Positions 23,821-38,551 of a stretch of 64,000 bases of DNA are shown piece after piece. This DNA is from Monocercomonoides exilis PA203 (Eukaryota; Protista; Preaxostyla): assembly GCA_001643675.2 (NCBI GenBank), contig LSRY02000005.1, forward strand, positions 1,302,001-1,366,000, read 5' to 3'. Below the pieces are notes generated by a model. The model saw nothing but the letters and a program-made list of their open reading frames with translations. It was not told where the DNA came from and did not search any database. A program made the position numbers and the translations under genes. Every line of letters begins with the position of its first letter. The first letter of the stretch is position 1.

Positions 23821-25226
23821 TATTCAAAATTTTGGATTTCTTTTTGATAGGAATAACAAACTTATAATAATAAATGTGTTACGTAGCATTTGAGTTTTGA
23901 AATTAGGGTTTGAAGTGGGAAAAGGAGCAATTAATTAATATCACTTTGGGTTTAACTTCGTGATCTTTTTCGTCAAATTTTCTTTTTTGACAGTATTAGC
24001 AAATGATATTTCTTCTGTTAAATTAAAGAATAGATCGACACAGTCTTCGGATTCTTTATATTTTTGATTTCTTTATTCGATCAGCTCTCCCCTTATTATA
24101 TTTTTTCAATTAATGAAAACAACCAATGCTGTTCCCTTCTCTCATTCAGTAGATATTTTAACATAACTATGAATTGTTTCGTAAAAAATTATAAATTCTG
24201 GATACAAACAAGTTTTTTCAAATAGTTCAACTTGTTAGACGAAACATCAAAGATGTTCCTGTAATTACTCATTCTTTCGATAAATATAAATTTTTCACTG
24301 ATAAACCTTGAAAAACCCGTAACAAGTCTGTCTTTTTCGTAAAAGCTTTATCAAACCCGGAAAAAGGATAAAAAATTAAATCCTGGGTCACAAGCTATTG
24401 TGAAAAAAATGAAAAAAGTGTTTTTCAAAACAATTCGAAACATGATCGAATATAACATTTATTGTTTTTCTATTGATTCAAACAGAAAGCTTTTTTCAAC
24501 AAAGAAGAATGCAAACAAAAGACAGCATTCGGCAAAATAGCAGAAATATTTTTTTCTTGAAAAAGGAAGTGGATACAACATTGAAAATTTAGTTTTTATT
24601 GGGAAAAAAGGACTACGAAGAAAGAACCGCTGCGAAGGAGCGGAAATGGAGATTGACAGCACCAGTGATAAAGTAATCTTCTGCTTTTGCAATGGGGAGG
24701 GTATATGTGTTTCTTTAACGAATTTTAATAATCAATGTGAAATCTATTATTTTCGCGTATTTTTTTAATCTTTTTTCCATACCAGACAACATCATTTTTT
24801 TATATAGAGTTCATTCCCAAGGAAAATGCATTTTAGCAACATTTTTGCGGATTATGTGGTTTCTTCTCCTTCTCCTTCGTTTTCTTCATTGACGATATTT
24901 TTTTTAATTTGGCTGATGATAAGAACGTCTACTTCGTATTTGAAAATACGCTGCTTGAAATTTCCATCAAATACTCGAATTACTTCATGAATAGATCATC
25001 CGTCTGTTGTTGCTATTGGCTGCTTTGATATTTGAATCCATCCATTATGTCTGCATTTTCTTCAGATAAGTCTCACTTGCCTTTGTCTCCCAGTTCGTCC
25101 AAAGAGCATCATCAGATTCAATTCACATTATTTCTCTTTCACATTCTCTTTCTTCTTTCGTTCTTTCTTCACATATTCTGTTGAAAGAATTTTATTTACA
25201 AAAGCAGTCATTGTGTTAAAATCTGA

Positions 25227-25917
25227 TCATTCAGCATTAACTTCATAATCGCCTTCTTCTTCTTCCTCTTCTTCTTCTACGACTACTACTCCGTCTTTCC
25301 CTCCCACTCTTGATTCAAGTTCTTCTATTTCTCCTATTTCTCGCACATCTTCTTCTTCTATATCTTCTTCCTCCTCCTCCTCTGCTTCTTCTTCCATTTC
25401 TGCCAAATTTTCTTCTTCTTCCTCTTCTTCTTCTTTTGTTCCCGATTTATCTCTTTCTTTAACCTCTTCCTCTTCTTCCTCTATATCATCTTCTTTATCA
25501 TCAACATCTACTTCTTCTTCTATCCAACATCCCCTCAACAATAACAACAACAATATTCTCCCTCAATCTCTTTCTCCTCCTGTTTATCTCAGCTCAAATC
25601 TTGTCTCTTAACAGCTGAGCCATTCTTTACCTTCTTATCATTCAGTGATGATGGAAAGAAAAGAGAATAGAAGAAATAATACTGAAACAACTTCTGGTAA
25701 AGATAATAATACTTCTCGATTGTCTAATGAACCTTTATCTTCTTCCTCTTCTTCTTCATCGTCTTCTTCTTCTTCTTCTACTTCTTGCTCTTCAAATGGA
25801 ATAATAACTCGGTTGAATACAATAGAGAACATAACTCCAAATGAAATAGGAATGCAACAAAATATAACAACTCAATCGATGGATAATCAAAACAATTGAT
25901 TTAATAATTCCTTTGCG

Positions 25918-25949
<32 letters not shown>

Positions 25950-25999
25950 TTCTTCTTCTTCTTCTTCTTCTTCTTCGTTGTCTTCTTCCGCTTCCTCTT
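25227..25999 (+). pseudogene. Decayed Ser-rich host-gene-like fragment inside the transposon
   Basis: TCT/TCC-rich tracts like the poly-Ser segments of host genes, interrupted by stops. No identifiable domain. Confidence 0.4.
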
Positions 26000-26399
26000 A
26001 ACTGAAAATTTACAACTAGCGTTGGATCAAACCATGGACATTCTGACACATTTATTCCATTCAATTCTTCAGCCCATATAAACTGAACAAAAAATAAATC
26101 ATTCTCATTCCTTCGCCTCGATATATCAATGTCGAATGATTGACATTTTCATTCATAATATTGGAAATGAAATGCCATCAATATGGATTCATTTCATTTT
26201 ATTTCTTCTTCTTCAACGCCTCCTTCAATGATCAATGAAAACATTTATATTTCCATTTCATTCGACTCTAGACAAATTCAACATCATGCCTCGTCTTTCA
26301 TTTCTATCCAGAAGCACAGATAATTTTTTATTCAATCGCAGAATTTCTGCTGAAATAATGAGACAACGAAATGGAAGTAACTTTTTGAGGAGAATAGCC

Positions 26400-28166
26400 G
26401 TTTGACATGTAAAAATAAAAAAAAGGAGGACAGTTCCGACTTTTCACATTTTGAAACTGAAGCATTTACTGTGAAAACAGAAAAAACATTGAAGCAGTTC
26501 TTTTATGAGATGGATGGGTTTCAAAATAGAGTTTGGAAGGTTACACAACGTCACACGCCTTTGACATGTCGAGAAGATGACAAATGAATGAATGAGTTTT
26601 GGAAGAAATTCAAATTTGGAGGAGAATTCTTTAAAAACAAGAGAATAAATGTCCGACAAGCAATGTTGATTTCATCAAATGCACATATAAGGTGTTTTCT
26701 TCTATTTTGTGTGCCATCTCCCCATCTTTCTTCGACTTTGCCTTCATTTGCACATATTTTCACCGACAAGTCAGCTGATGAAATGATTTCTGCCTTATGA
26801 TCTGCACCTTCTTCAGAAGACACATCGCATTTTGTGTCCTCTTGTAGGGCATCTTTGATAGCCGACAATACATTTCTTTGATGTCAAGTATGCTTTCCAT
26901 GTATTCATTGTCAGCTGTATGCCCGTTGAGAAATATAAACAAATCGGCATTCCAATCACCGAATGCTTCTGTTCTGTCATGTCCAACAGCCGAGTTGTCT
27001 TTCTGAGTGATGTTTCCCATGAAGGCGAACAAGGGCTCTTTCACAGAAGCGACAAGGGAGTCACACACAAAATACATATCTCTTCCGACGCTGGCCTTGT
27101 TGGCTGAAAACACGATATTGGTGATGGAAAAGAAGGATGCTGACACTTGTGGATTATCCTTGTACTCGATCATGAGAGCCCCACCTCTTCCTCCAGAACT
27201 TGTATCCTCATCCACACAGCAGCTGGAGAAGGTGGAATCACTCGCCGAAAATGTGTTGGCAGTGGCAGATGAGGCGAATGAGATGCATCCGCCATCTGTG
27301 GCAGTATTTTGGTTCAGCTGTCGAGAGGCGATATTGGTCATGGTGCAGTTGGTGAGGGAGAGGGAGAGGGCAGGGTAGGTGGCAGAGGAGAGGACACAGC
27401 TGGCTGGAGTGGCTGTGGAGGTGATATCGGTGATGTTGGAGGAGTTGAGGGTGAGGGAAGCTGTGGGGGAGGTGAGGTGGAAGACGCTTTGGCTGTTGAG
27501 GGCGAGACTGGTGATTGCTGTGTGGTTGAGGGCGAGGGAGCCAGCAGTGAGGAAGAAGAGGGGCGTGGTGATTGATGATGAAGATGAGGTTGTTCCTGTG
27601 ATGGTGGTTGTGTTGAGGTTGAGGGAAGGGGAGTTTTCAGAGAGGTGGAAGAGGATGGGTGTGATTTGATTTGATGAGTTGTGGGAGATGGCGAGGGCAG
27701 AGACTGTGAGGGAACCCTGTGTCTGTTGGAAGAGGGCAGACGAGGCAGATGGATCTGGCGAAGAAGTTGTTGATGATGATGACAAGGATGAAAATGATGA
27801 TGTTGATTGTGATGATCGTGAATGTGAGTTTTGTGGTTGGGGAATGCCACTGGAGGCGATGGTGGTGGCAGTTGTGCCATTTCCAGTGATATTTGTATTT
27901 GGGGCACGAAATGTGAGAGTGTTTGTGTGAGTGAAAGTGGAGACGAGAAGAGAGAGGGAGGAATCGCTGAAGGGATCAACGCATCAGAGAGCATACTCCA
28001 CTGTGGCGCATGGGATCTGTTGAGTTCTATCACAGACTTCAGCATCAGATCCATTGTTGATAACAAAATTGATATTAGATGTCATAACGAAAAATGGATG
28101 TGTATTTTGTTTTGCAGCAGCTTGACAACTAATGACAGGTTAAAGAATGAAATAAGAAATTTTCAT
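26400..28166 (-). pseudogene. Pseudogenised 5' part of a large surface-protein family member (cargo of the transposon)
   Basis: ATG at 28166 gives MKISYFIL*PVISCQA, a signal-peptide-like start with TAA at 28140-28142. GSDAEVC...PCATVEYAL* follows, with TGA at 27984-27986. The frame continues as ORF 26760-27785, whose DGGCISF, GGRGGALMIE and KASVGRDMYFVC match modules of the 15459-23630 protein (GRGGAIFLDC, KALTGRDLYVRC). Frameshifted remnants run to ~26400, and the 3' boundary is approximate. Confidence 0.8.
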
Positions 28167-28433
28167 GTTAAAGAAAAGGCTGAATATCTGTATTAGCAGA
28201 ACAAATCGGAAAGATAGGACTGCGTGGCAAAACCTCAGGTTATTGTTTAATGCTTTTTTATTTCAGAGAAATATTATTTTTGATCTTTATTAACTTATTA
28301 TTTGTTAAATTTATTTGTAGTGAAGTTGATGAAAAACAGGGCGGCAAAAAACCTAAGAGATCTTCAAGACAAAGGAAAGCCGAGGTGAAATGATTAAAAA
28401 ACCGAAATAAGAAAAGTGCAAATCGCTAAATAG

Positions 28434-28922
28434 TTATTCTTCGTTGCCTTCTATTTCTTTGTTGCTCTCGTCACAAGCTATTTTCCGTTGTTTTGAATTC
28501 TCCATATGTATTTCTTCATCGTGCATTGATTTTCGTTTTCTTTTCATTTTCTCTCTGAACATACAGTTTGATGCGCGCCTTTTTTTTGTTTGCTTTTCCA
28601 CTTCATCTTGATTAAAAATAAGACATTGCTGCTCAAACTTGCCATCATCTTCTGTTAGATCGTTTGCCTGTATATTTAGATTTGTCAGCCACACAGTAAT
28701 TTCTATATCATTTTTGGTATCATCCAGCCCATTCCGATATCTGTTCGCTAATTGCTTCCATACTCGTTTCATCCTGCCAAAAAACCATTCAACAGGAATC
28801 CTCTTTTTAGCTAACTGCGCGTTGTATTCGATCTCTTCATTAGCTTTAGTATTTTTGATCGGAGTTATTAACTCCAAACCTTCCACCACCCTCTGATATC
28901 CTCTATTCGCTATTATTTTTCA
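28434..28922 (-). pseudogene. Inactive DDE_Tnp_4-type (PIF/Harbinger/ISL2EU, IS5-like) transposase remnant, C-terminal catalytic half
   Basis: Reads *KIIANRGYQ...LITPIK...YNAQLAKKRIPVEWFFGRMKRVW, matching the ADxGY and RxxVExxFGxxK motifs. The catalytic Asp is replaced by Asn (28905-28907) and there is an upstream TGA (28920-28922). Confidence 0.8.
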
Positions 28923-29351
28923 TCGAGAAACACATTCATTCAGGCCATTCTTTTGTTTTTTCATTAAGTTGCTGCTTGCTTGACCGGAGTAAACAGAAGT
29001 CTTCAATGAATTCGAAGTGGAAGCTGTTGCTGAAAACGACGATGATGTTTGTGAATATAGCATCCCATTAGCGTAATTTTTGTGTAGAATGTCTGTATTT
29101 CTAACTTGGGAGCATGAGCTATCAGTTTTAATGCTTCAATATGAAAAAAGAATTTATAAAATAAAATAATTTTTTGTTTTTTGTTCACAAAAAACGATTC
29201 ATACATAATAAAAGGATTTACGATCGTTTAATAACTCATCTTTAATGAGAATTTATCAGTCTAATAAATTGGAACACAAGTGTCTCAAAATACACATAAA
29301 TCGTGTTTCCTTTTAAATATAAAATCTTTGTCTGAAAGAATGGTTTTTTTT

Positions 29352-29400
29352 CCGTAACAAGTATGATTTATCCGTAACAAGTCTTGATTTTTCGTAACAA
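29352..29400 (+). repeat. Tandem 20-bp-period CCGTAACAAGT repeats, with a direct copy at 24317-24342
   Basis: Copies start at 29352, 29372 and 29392 (partial). 24317-24342 matches 29372-29397 at 23/26. Confidence 0.75.
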
Positions 29401-29710
29401 CAAAGCATTTTGCTAAATACAGATAGTTGCCGTAAAATATCTAGTACTTTACAAGTCTATTTCTGTAACTGTTGTCATATTCATCATGTTTCTTCAATGT
29501 GAAAACTGCAAAATAGGTTGTGAATTCCTTTTTTTTCACAAATCGTATTCTTTAAAGGCAATGTTAATGATCATAATTCCCTTTTTTATATATAATTCCT
29601 CGTTTTTAGCTTAAAAAAGCATGGAAATTTTGCTTTGTTAAAATTTTGTCAATAAACTTCTATTAGCAAAACAAGTTATTTTATTCAAATATAAAGTTGA
29701 CTTATCGATT

Positions 29711-29741
29711 TTTTAGGGTGTCGATCTAATCGACTATTACC
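29711..29741 (-). repeat. Right terminal inverted repeat
   Basis: Reverse complement of the left TIR with 3 mismatches; ends CC and is followed by the TSD. Confidence 0.9.
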
Positions 29742-30283
29742 ATGAAAACAAGAGCAAAACTCAATAAATGTATTATTTGAAACGATATTTATTGCTTCAT
29801 GAATTTTTTTCTATTCAGAATTTTCGAAAAAATTTCTCATTTTTTCAATTTTTCTTTAAATTTTTGCATGAGATTGTTTGACTTGTCATGACATGAAAGC
29901 AGAAAAGTTTGGAACTTATTGTTGTTTCCTTAATTATAGCAATAATTTTGAACCATTTCGAAAAGAGAAATCCATTTTGTTGTCGAATCACAAAAACAGA
30001 CTGTTTGGGAGGCCTTTCAAGTTAACCAATAGATCGGACAGGCATAATGTGAATGAATCTATTTGTCTATCGAGGTGAATTTTCGGATGTGTCTTCAGAT
30101 TTCCTCCGAAATTTTGCCTGTATTTTGTTCAAACTTTTTTTTCATTAATAATGTGTTGTTTCTTTAAAAAAAATATTGTATTTTTTCATGAAAATTTCTT
30201 TTGAAAAACCATATGCAAAGAAAATTATTATGGCTGAAATGAATTATTTTTGATAACTTTTTCTTGATTTCTTTATATTTTCA

Positions 30284-32264
30284 ATGCAGAATAATAGAAA
30301 AACGTTACTACCAGGTAGAACAACTAACCAGCTATCTGGAGCGTCGATTTCATCCACCTCAAAACCTCCAATGAGATTTTCTGGAGTTGTTTCTTCGTTT
30401 GTTTTTTTAATAACTTTTTTAAAATGATTCACATAGGGTTAATAACTCAAAGCATTCCGTCTCTTCAACCTAAGCCAAGACCTATAAGGGAAGAATTGAG
30501 AGAAGCAAAAGAAAAAATCGAAAAACTTGAAGTTTGAATTGTTTCACTTTTTTGTCTGGAACATGGTTTTTTTAAGTCATCCATAGAGGAAACAACAGAA
30601 GAAGTAAAGAAGAAGGAAGAGGAAAGTGAAAAAATGAAGAAGGAGCAGCTGTCAATGAATGATGCATCGGAGGAAATGAAAAAAAAATTTGAAGGTTAAA
30701 TAAATTGTAAATATTCAGGAAAAAACTTTCTTATTTTTCTCCTCTTTTAATTGCAAAATAGAATCAACAAAAGTGCTGAACGATCAGCTTGTAAACCTTG
30801 AAAGGCAATTTGAAGCACAAACAACAATTTTTCAAAACGAGATCAAGAAAGCAGACGCATTCAGGAATAAGCTTATTCAACTGGAAGTTAATCCTTGTTT
30901 GCCTTCTTATTGCTTGTGAATGATAAAGTTAAGCAATCCCTTTAATTTGATATTGTGCTTTTTCCTTTCTCCAACTTTCATTTTCATAAAAAAACTTAAT
31001 CTGAAGTGACGCTTCAACCATTTGCGACACAATTTTCGAATCATGAGCAAGTTTTTACCGAAATTATGGTTTTGTGACCTTTTCTTTTAAAAAAGTTTAT
31101 CAATGACTTTTTTCAACCATGTATTGTTCATATTTTTTCTTTCAAACAAAAATAATCATATTTATCTGACAGGGATTGATGGACACTCTCGAGTTAAACC
31201 TGAAAGAGCAGATGAAAGAGATGGAGCCTCTAACAGCGAGCATTCAATCTGTTTTGGCAAGATCGCCATCTATCTCATTCGACGCTAAGCAAAATCCCAT
31301 TACAGTCAGTTCACTTCACCAAAGCAGTAACACTTCAAATCTGAATGCTTTATCTCCTTTGCTCTCATCTTCAAGCTCTCTGCAGAATGACAAATTTTTA
31401 TCTTTGTCTGTTTCCAGAAGCAACAGTAGCTCAACTTGTGAAGCTGAAAGGAAAGAAATAAACGAAAGTGAAGAGAGATTAAAAAATGACCAGCAAAATG
31501 AAGATGAAACGGAGATAGAGAAAGTTGAACAAGCGTTTCCAATGAAGAGAAAGAGAAATGCAGTCCCCGGCCAGAGCGAACTGGATGAATGGAACAGGAA
31601 AAGAGAACAAGAAGAGTCGAAGCTCAGAAGCGAATCATTGAATGCTTCTTTTGAAATAAAGAAAGAGGAAGCGAAAAATATTGAAATTGAGGTAAAGAGT
31701 GAAAACGAAGAAAATTTGAGCCAAACAGAAAAGCGTTCTGAGAATGATTTCTCGAATCGAAAAGAGAATAATGGCAAATCTGAAGAGGAAAGTTCAATAA
31801 ATACCAACGAAACAAAGCCTGTAGCAGACGAACAAAACTTTAAAAAGCACAATCCATCTTTTGTTGCCTCAGAAGAAGATAATAAAAATATCCAAATGGA
31901 TGTTGAAGTCGCAGGCGACGATTCTTCGAAGGAGGTTCCAATTGCTTCGCACAGCAGCAGAAGCAGCACAAAACCTGCAGGTGTTGTTCATTCAGATACG
32001 ATGAGCTATTCGACAAGTCCAAGTGAGTCATTCAGCATTTCTCCTTTTCCGTCTCACACAACAACAGAATTGTTTGACATGTTTTTCAACAAAAAATCAA
32101 GTTTGTCGGCTTCTCCGACAGTTGCGCACGAGCTTTGTACAGATTCTGCCTCAAGCATCACTTCAGAGACTTCTCCAGAGACTTCTTCTTCTTCTTCTTC
32201 TTCGTCTTCGTCTTCGTCTTCGTCTTCGTCTTCGTCATCATCATCATCATCATCATCATCATCA

Positions 32265-32295
<31 letters not shown>

Positions 32296-32675
32296 CTTCT
32301 TCTTCTTCTTCTTCTTCTTCTTCTTCTTCTTCTTTTTCCACTTCCAACTCATCCAACAAGAATCTTCAGAATCCAAATTCCACAGCCATTTCATTCTCAC
32401 AAACATCACCCACTTCAAGCCAGCAATATGCATCTTCCCATTCACTTCAGGACGCTTCTCTTTCTCAGCCGTCTGAACAGAACGGATTGCAAATGGACAG
32501 TCAGCTGTCAATTTCATCACAAGCACTCGATCTTCTCACCCCGTCTATGTTTATGCTGTCTCAGCCATCGTTCGATGAATCGTTTTCTGAGTTTTCGTTA
32601 TTCACACAGCAGGACACTAAAGAAAAAGATATGAATGCCAATTGTGAGAATGGCAAGAGTGCAACAGCTGAATGA
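30284..32675 (+). CDS. Hypothetical multi-exon protein with N-terminal coiled coil and acidic/poly-Ser C-terminus
   Basis: Short exons bounded by AG/GT (~30437-30531 IREELREAKEKIEKLE, ~30587-30694, ~30762-30887 LNDQLVNLERQFEAQ) lead into the 499-aa ORF ending at 32675. The start and the first splice phases are unresolved. Confidence 0.55.
32182..32333 (+). repeat. Coding trinucleotide repeat encoding ~50 Ser
   Basis: (TCT)n(TCGTCT)n(TCA)n(TCT)n is visible in frame. Confidence 0.9.
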
Positions 32676-33167
32676 AAAACAGCTCAGAATTTCATTTATT
32701 TATTTGAAAGAATAATTATTCAATTGAAGAAAAAGATTATTTCATTTTAATTTAAAGAAGAGAGCTTGGAGGAAACGATTTCATTTAAGCCACAGTTATT
32801 CTTTTTTGTTTATTTGGTTTTTCTAATTATATTTTTATACAATAATGAAATTTAATCGAATTTTTAAAGATGAATTTTGAAGATATGAAAAAAATAATGA
32901 TATCTGAGAATTTATCGAAGTCATTTTACAAAAAAAAAAATGCTTATTGACCACATTTTTAATTAAAAACACGAATAAAAAGTTAGAATTTTTCACTCTT
33001 TAGAAAAGAAATGTGAGTTGATCAATACCTTAAATTTGTTTCAAAATTCAAATTTCTTTGTAAGGTTTGTTTTTTCTGAAGTATTAAGGAGTTTAATTCC
33101 GAGGAATGTTTATTCATCTCTTATCTTTCTTTCAATGCAATGTTTTGCAGAATAAGAATCTAATTTA

Positions 33168-36693
<3,526 letters not shown>

Positions 36694-36890
36694 GTTTAAT
36701 TGATTCTTAGTTTTTTTGCAAGGCAATTCATAACTTAAACCACCACAGTGTACAATTTCATTTCGCCAACTATTCACTTCTCTATTATCCCCGTTTTTTC
36801 TATTTTAATTGTGGAATAAATTCTGTATTTGATTTTATCAAGAACAATTCCATTATATTGTTAAGGGTTAATGATCGGATAAAAAATCAA

Positions 36891-38314
36891 ATGAAACTGA
36901 TTTTGTGTTTATGCTTTTTGATAGAGAATTATTTTTGCGGAGATGCCGTTGAATTAGATACAAACAATTTTAAGAACGAAGTTTTAATGGCAGACAACAT
37001 CTTCTTTGTAAGTTTGAGAACAAATTTGTTTAAAATTGTTGTCTTGTTAAATTTTTTCAAAAAAAGTGTTTCATACAACTAATTGTTATTACTGTGTACA
37101 AATGATGCCCGAGTTCGAAAAATTAGCAACGGCTATGAAATCTATTGGTATTTTTGTTGGAAAAGTGAATCTTGATCAATCACCGCAATTAAAAAGAATT
37201 TATAACATTAATGGTGTCCCAAGGATGCTATTATTTGTCCCTGGAAAAGCTCCTATTGCATATGATGGAGAACGTTCAGCAAAAGCAATGGGATTGTTCA
37301 TTATTCAGCATCAACTTGGAGGAGCCCAGGTCACAGTTCTCAACAAAATTGAGAAATTTGATAATTTTTTCAACGAAAGTGCTATCCTTCCTCGAATCGT
37401 GCTTTTTTCAAAAAAGTCTGTAATTCCTCCGCTTTTTAAGCAGATTTGCTACAAATATCGAAAGAATGTTCGTTGTGGAATGGCAAGTCATGCACATAGT
37501 GCATTCAAAAAAGTTGAAGAAAGGATGAAAAAGATCAGTGATTTTGATGATAGTACTCTCAACTTTCCATTCATGTATTTAGTTAATAGATCTTCCTCTC
37601 CTGTTCTATCAAAAATTTCGTCAAGTTTTACATTTGAATCACTTGACAGCTGGCTCTCTTCTTTGAACTCATCAAAGGACACTTCAGATGCACTTCACGA
37701 TAAAAATATGAATCTTGCATTTGCTGATTTGTCACGAGAAGAAAATCAAAAAGCGCTGCTTAACGCAAAAGGCACAAATATTGTTATGATTCTACCGAAT
37801 CATCAGGATGAGCCAATTGAACAGCAAATTCTAAAAATAAAGGAACTTATAAAAGAAAATAATTCATATCAAGGTTTGAATTTGTTTTTTTGAAGGTTCA
37901 TTGCTATTTCATCGTAAAATCATTAATTTTTTATGTTATTGTTTTGCATGAAATATTTATCAACAATTTCGAATAGAATTCAACTATTTTTACATTTCAT
38001 CATCTTCACTGTCATCTTTTCCTCAATTCCATGATGCGATTTTGGAGCCTTCTTCTTCTTCTCAAAACTCTTCATCTGATAATTTCAATTCACCTACTGC
38101 TGTTGCAATCAATTTTTTGGAAGAGAAAATGGCATTTTGGAATTCTTCATTGGATGAAAATGAAAAGACTGAAAAAAGATCTGAAAAATCAAATTGGAAA
38201 GATTTTGGATCATTTCTGGATAGGCTCGTTCGTGGGGAAGTGAAATTTGAAAAGAAAAATTTAAAAGAGTTCAGTCCGAAAAAAGATAAGAGCGAAACAG
38301 GCAAAGAGCTCTAA
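36891..38314 (+). CDS. Protein disulfide isomerase/thioredoxin-fold ER protein (CYYC active site, C-terminal GKEL; 3 exons)
   Basis: Signal peptide MKLILCLCFL... is followed by VELDTNNFKNEV. Splicing intron 37012-37066 yields FFVMFHTTNCYYC. Also VGKVNLD, INGVPRMLLF and YDGERS; the protein ends in KEL-stop. Confidence 0.85.
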
Positions 38315-38551
38315 TCGGTGTTTTGCAAGTATCTGAACAAGTTCTTCTTTCTGGTTGTTCGTCAGATAATAATTATTCATGATTTTAATGTAATTTATTT
38401 ATCGCTTTTTTTCTTTTTCTTTTTCTTTTTCGTTTTATTAAAGATTAAAAATACCAAAGTGAAAACTTGTAATGGAATGATGTTTAAAAAATCAAAGTTA
38501 TGGTTACTTCTTGAATTTTCAATTCGATTTTTCGGTTGAAAAATTCAAAGA

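Larger units (their letters stand above)
23790..29741. mobile_element. Non-autonomous TIR DNA transposon (5,952 bp) with 8-bp target-site duplication and captured gene fragments
   Basis: The left TIR GGCATTAGTCGATTAGATCGACACCCAAAAA (23790-23820) matches the reverse complement of 29711-29741 (GGTAATAGTCGATTAGATCGACACCCTAAAA) at 28/31. Identical ATGAAAAC lies immediately outside both ends (23782-23789 and 29742-29749). Confidence 0.9.

Noticed and set aside
28200-28393. Possible spliced plus-strand exon remnant convergent with the DDE_Tnp_4 fragment (second ORF of a Harbinger-type element)
   Set aside because: The frame is ambiguous and there is no recognisable Myb/SANT or YqaJ motif.
29352-29400. 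CGTAACAAG resembles the SSU rRNA 3' conserved motif, and the short repeats could suggest CRISPR
   Set aside because: There is no rRNA context, and a 20-bp period with three copies in eukaryotic DNA does not fit a CRISPR array.
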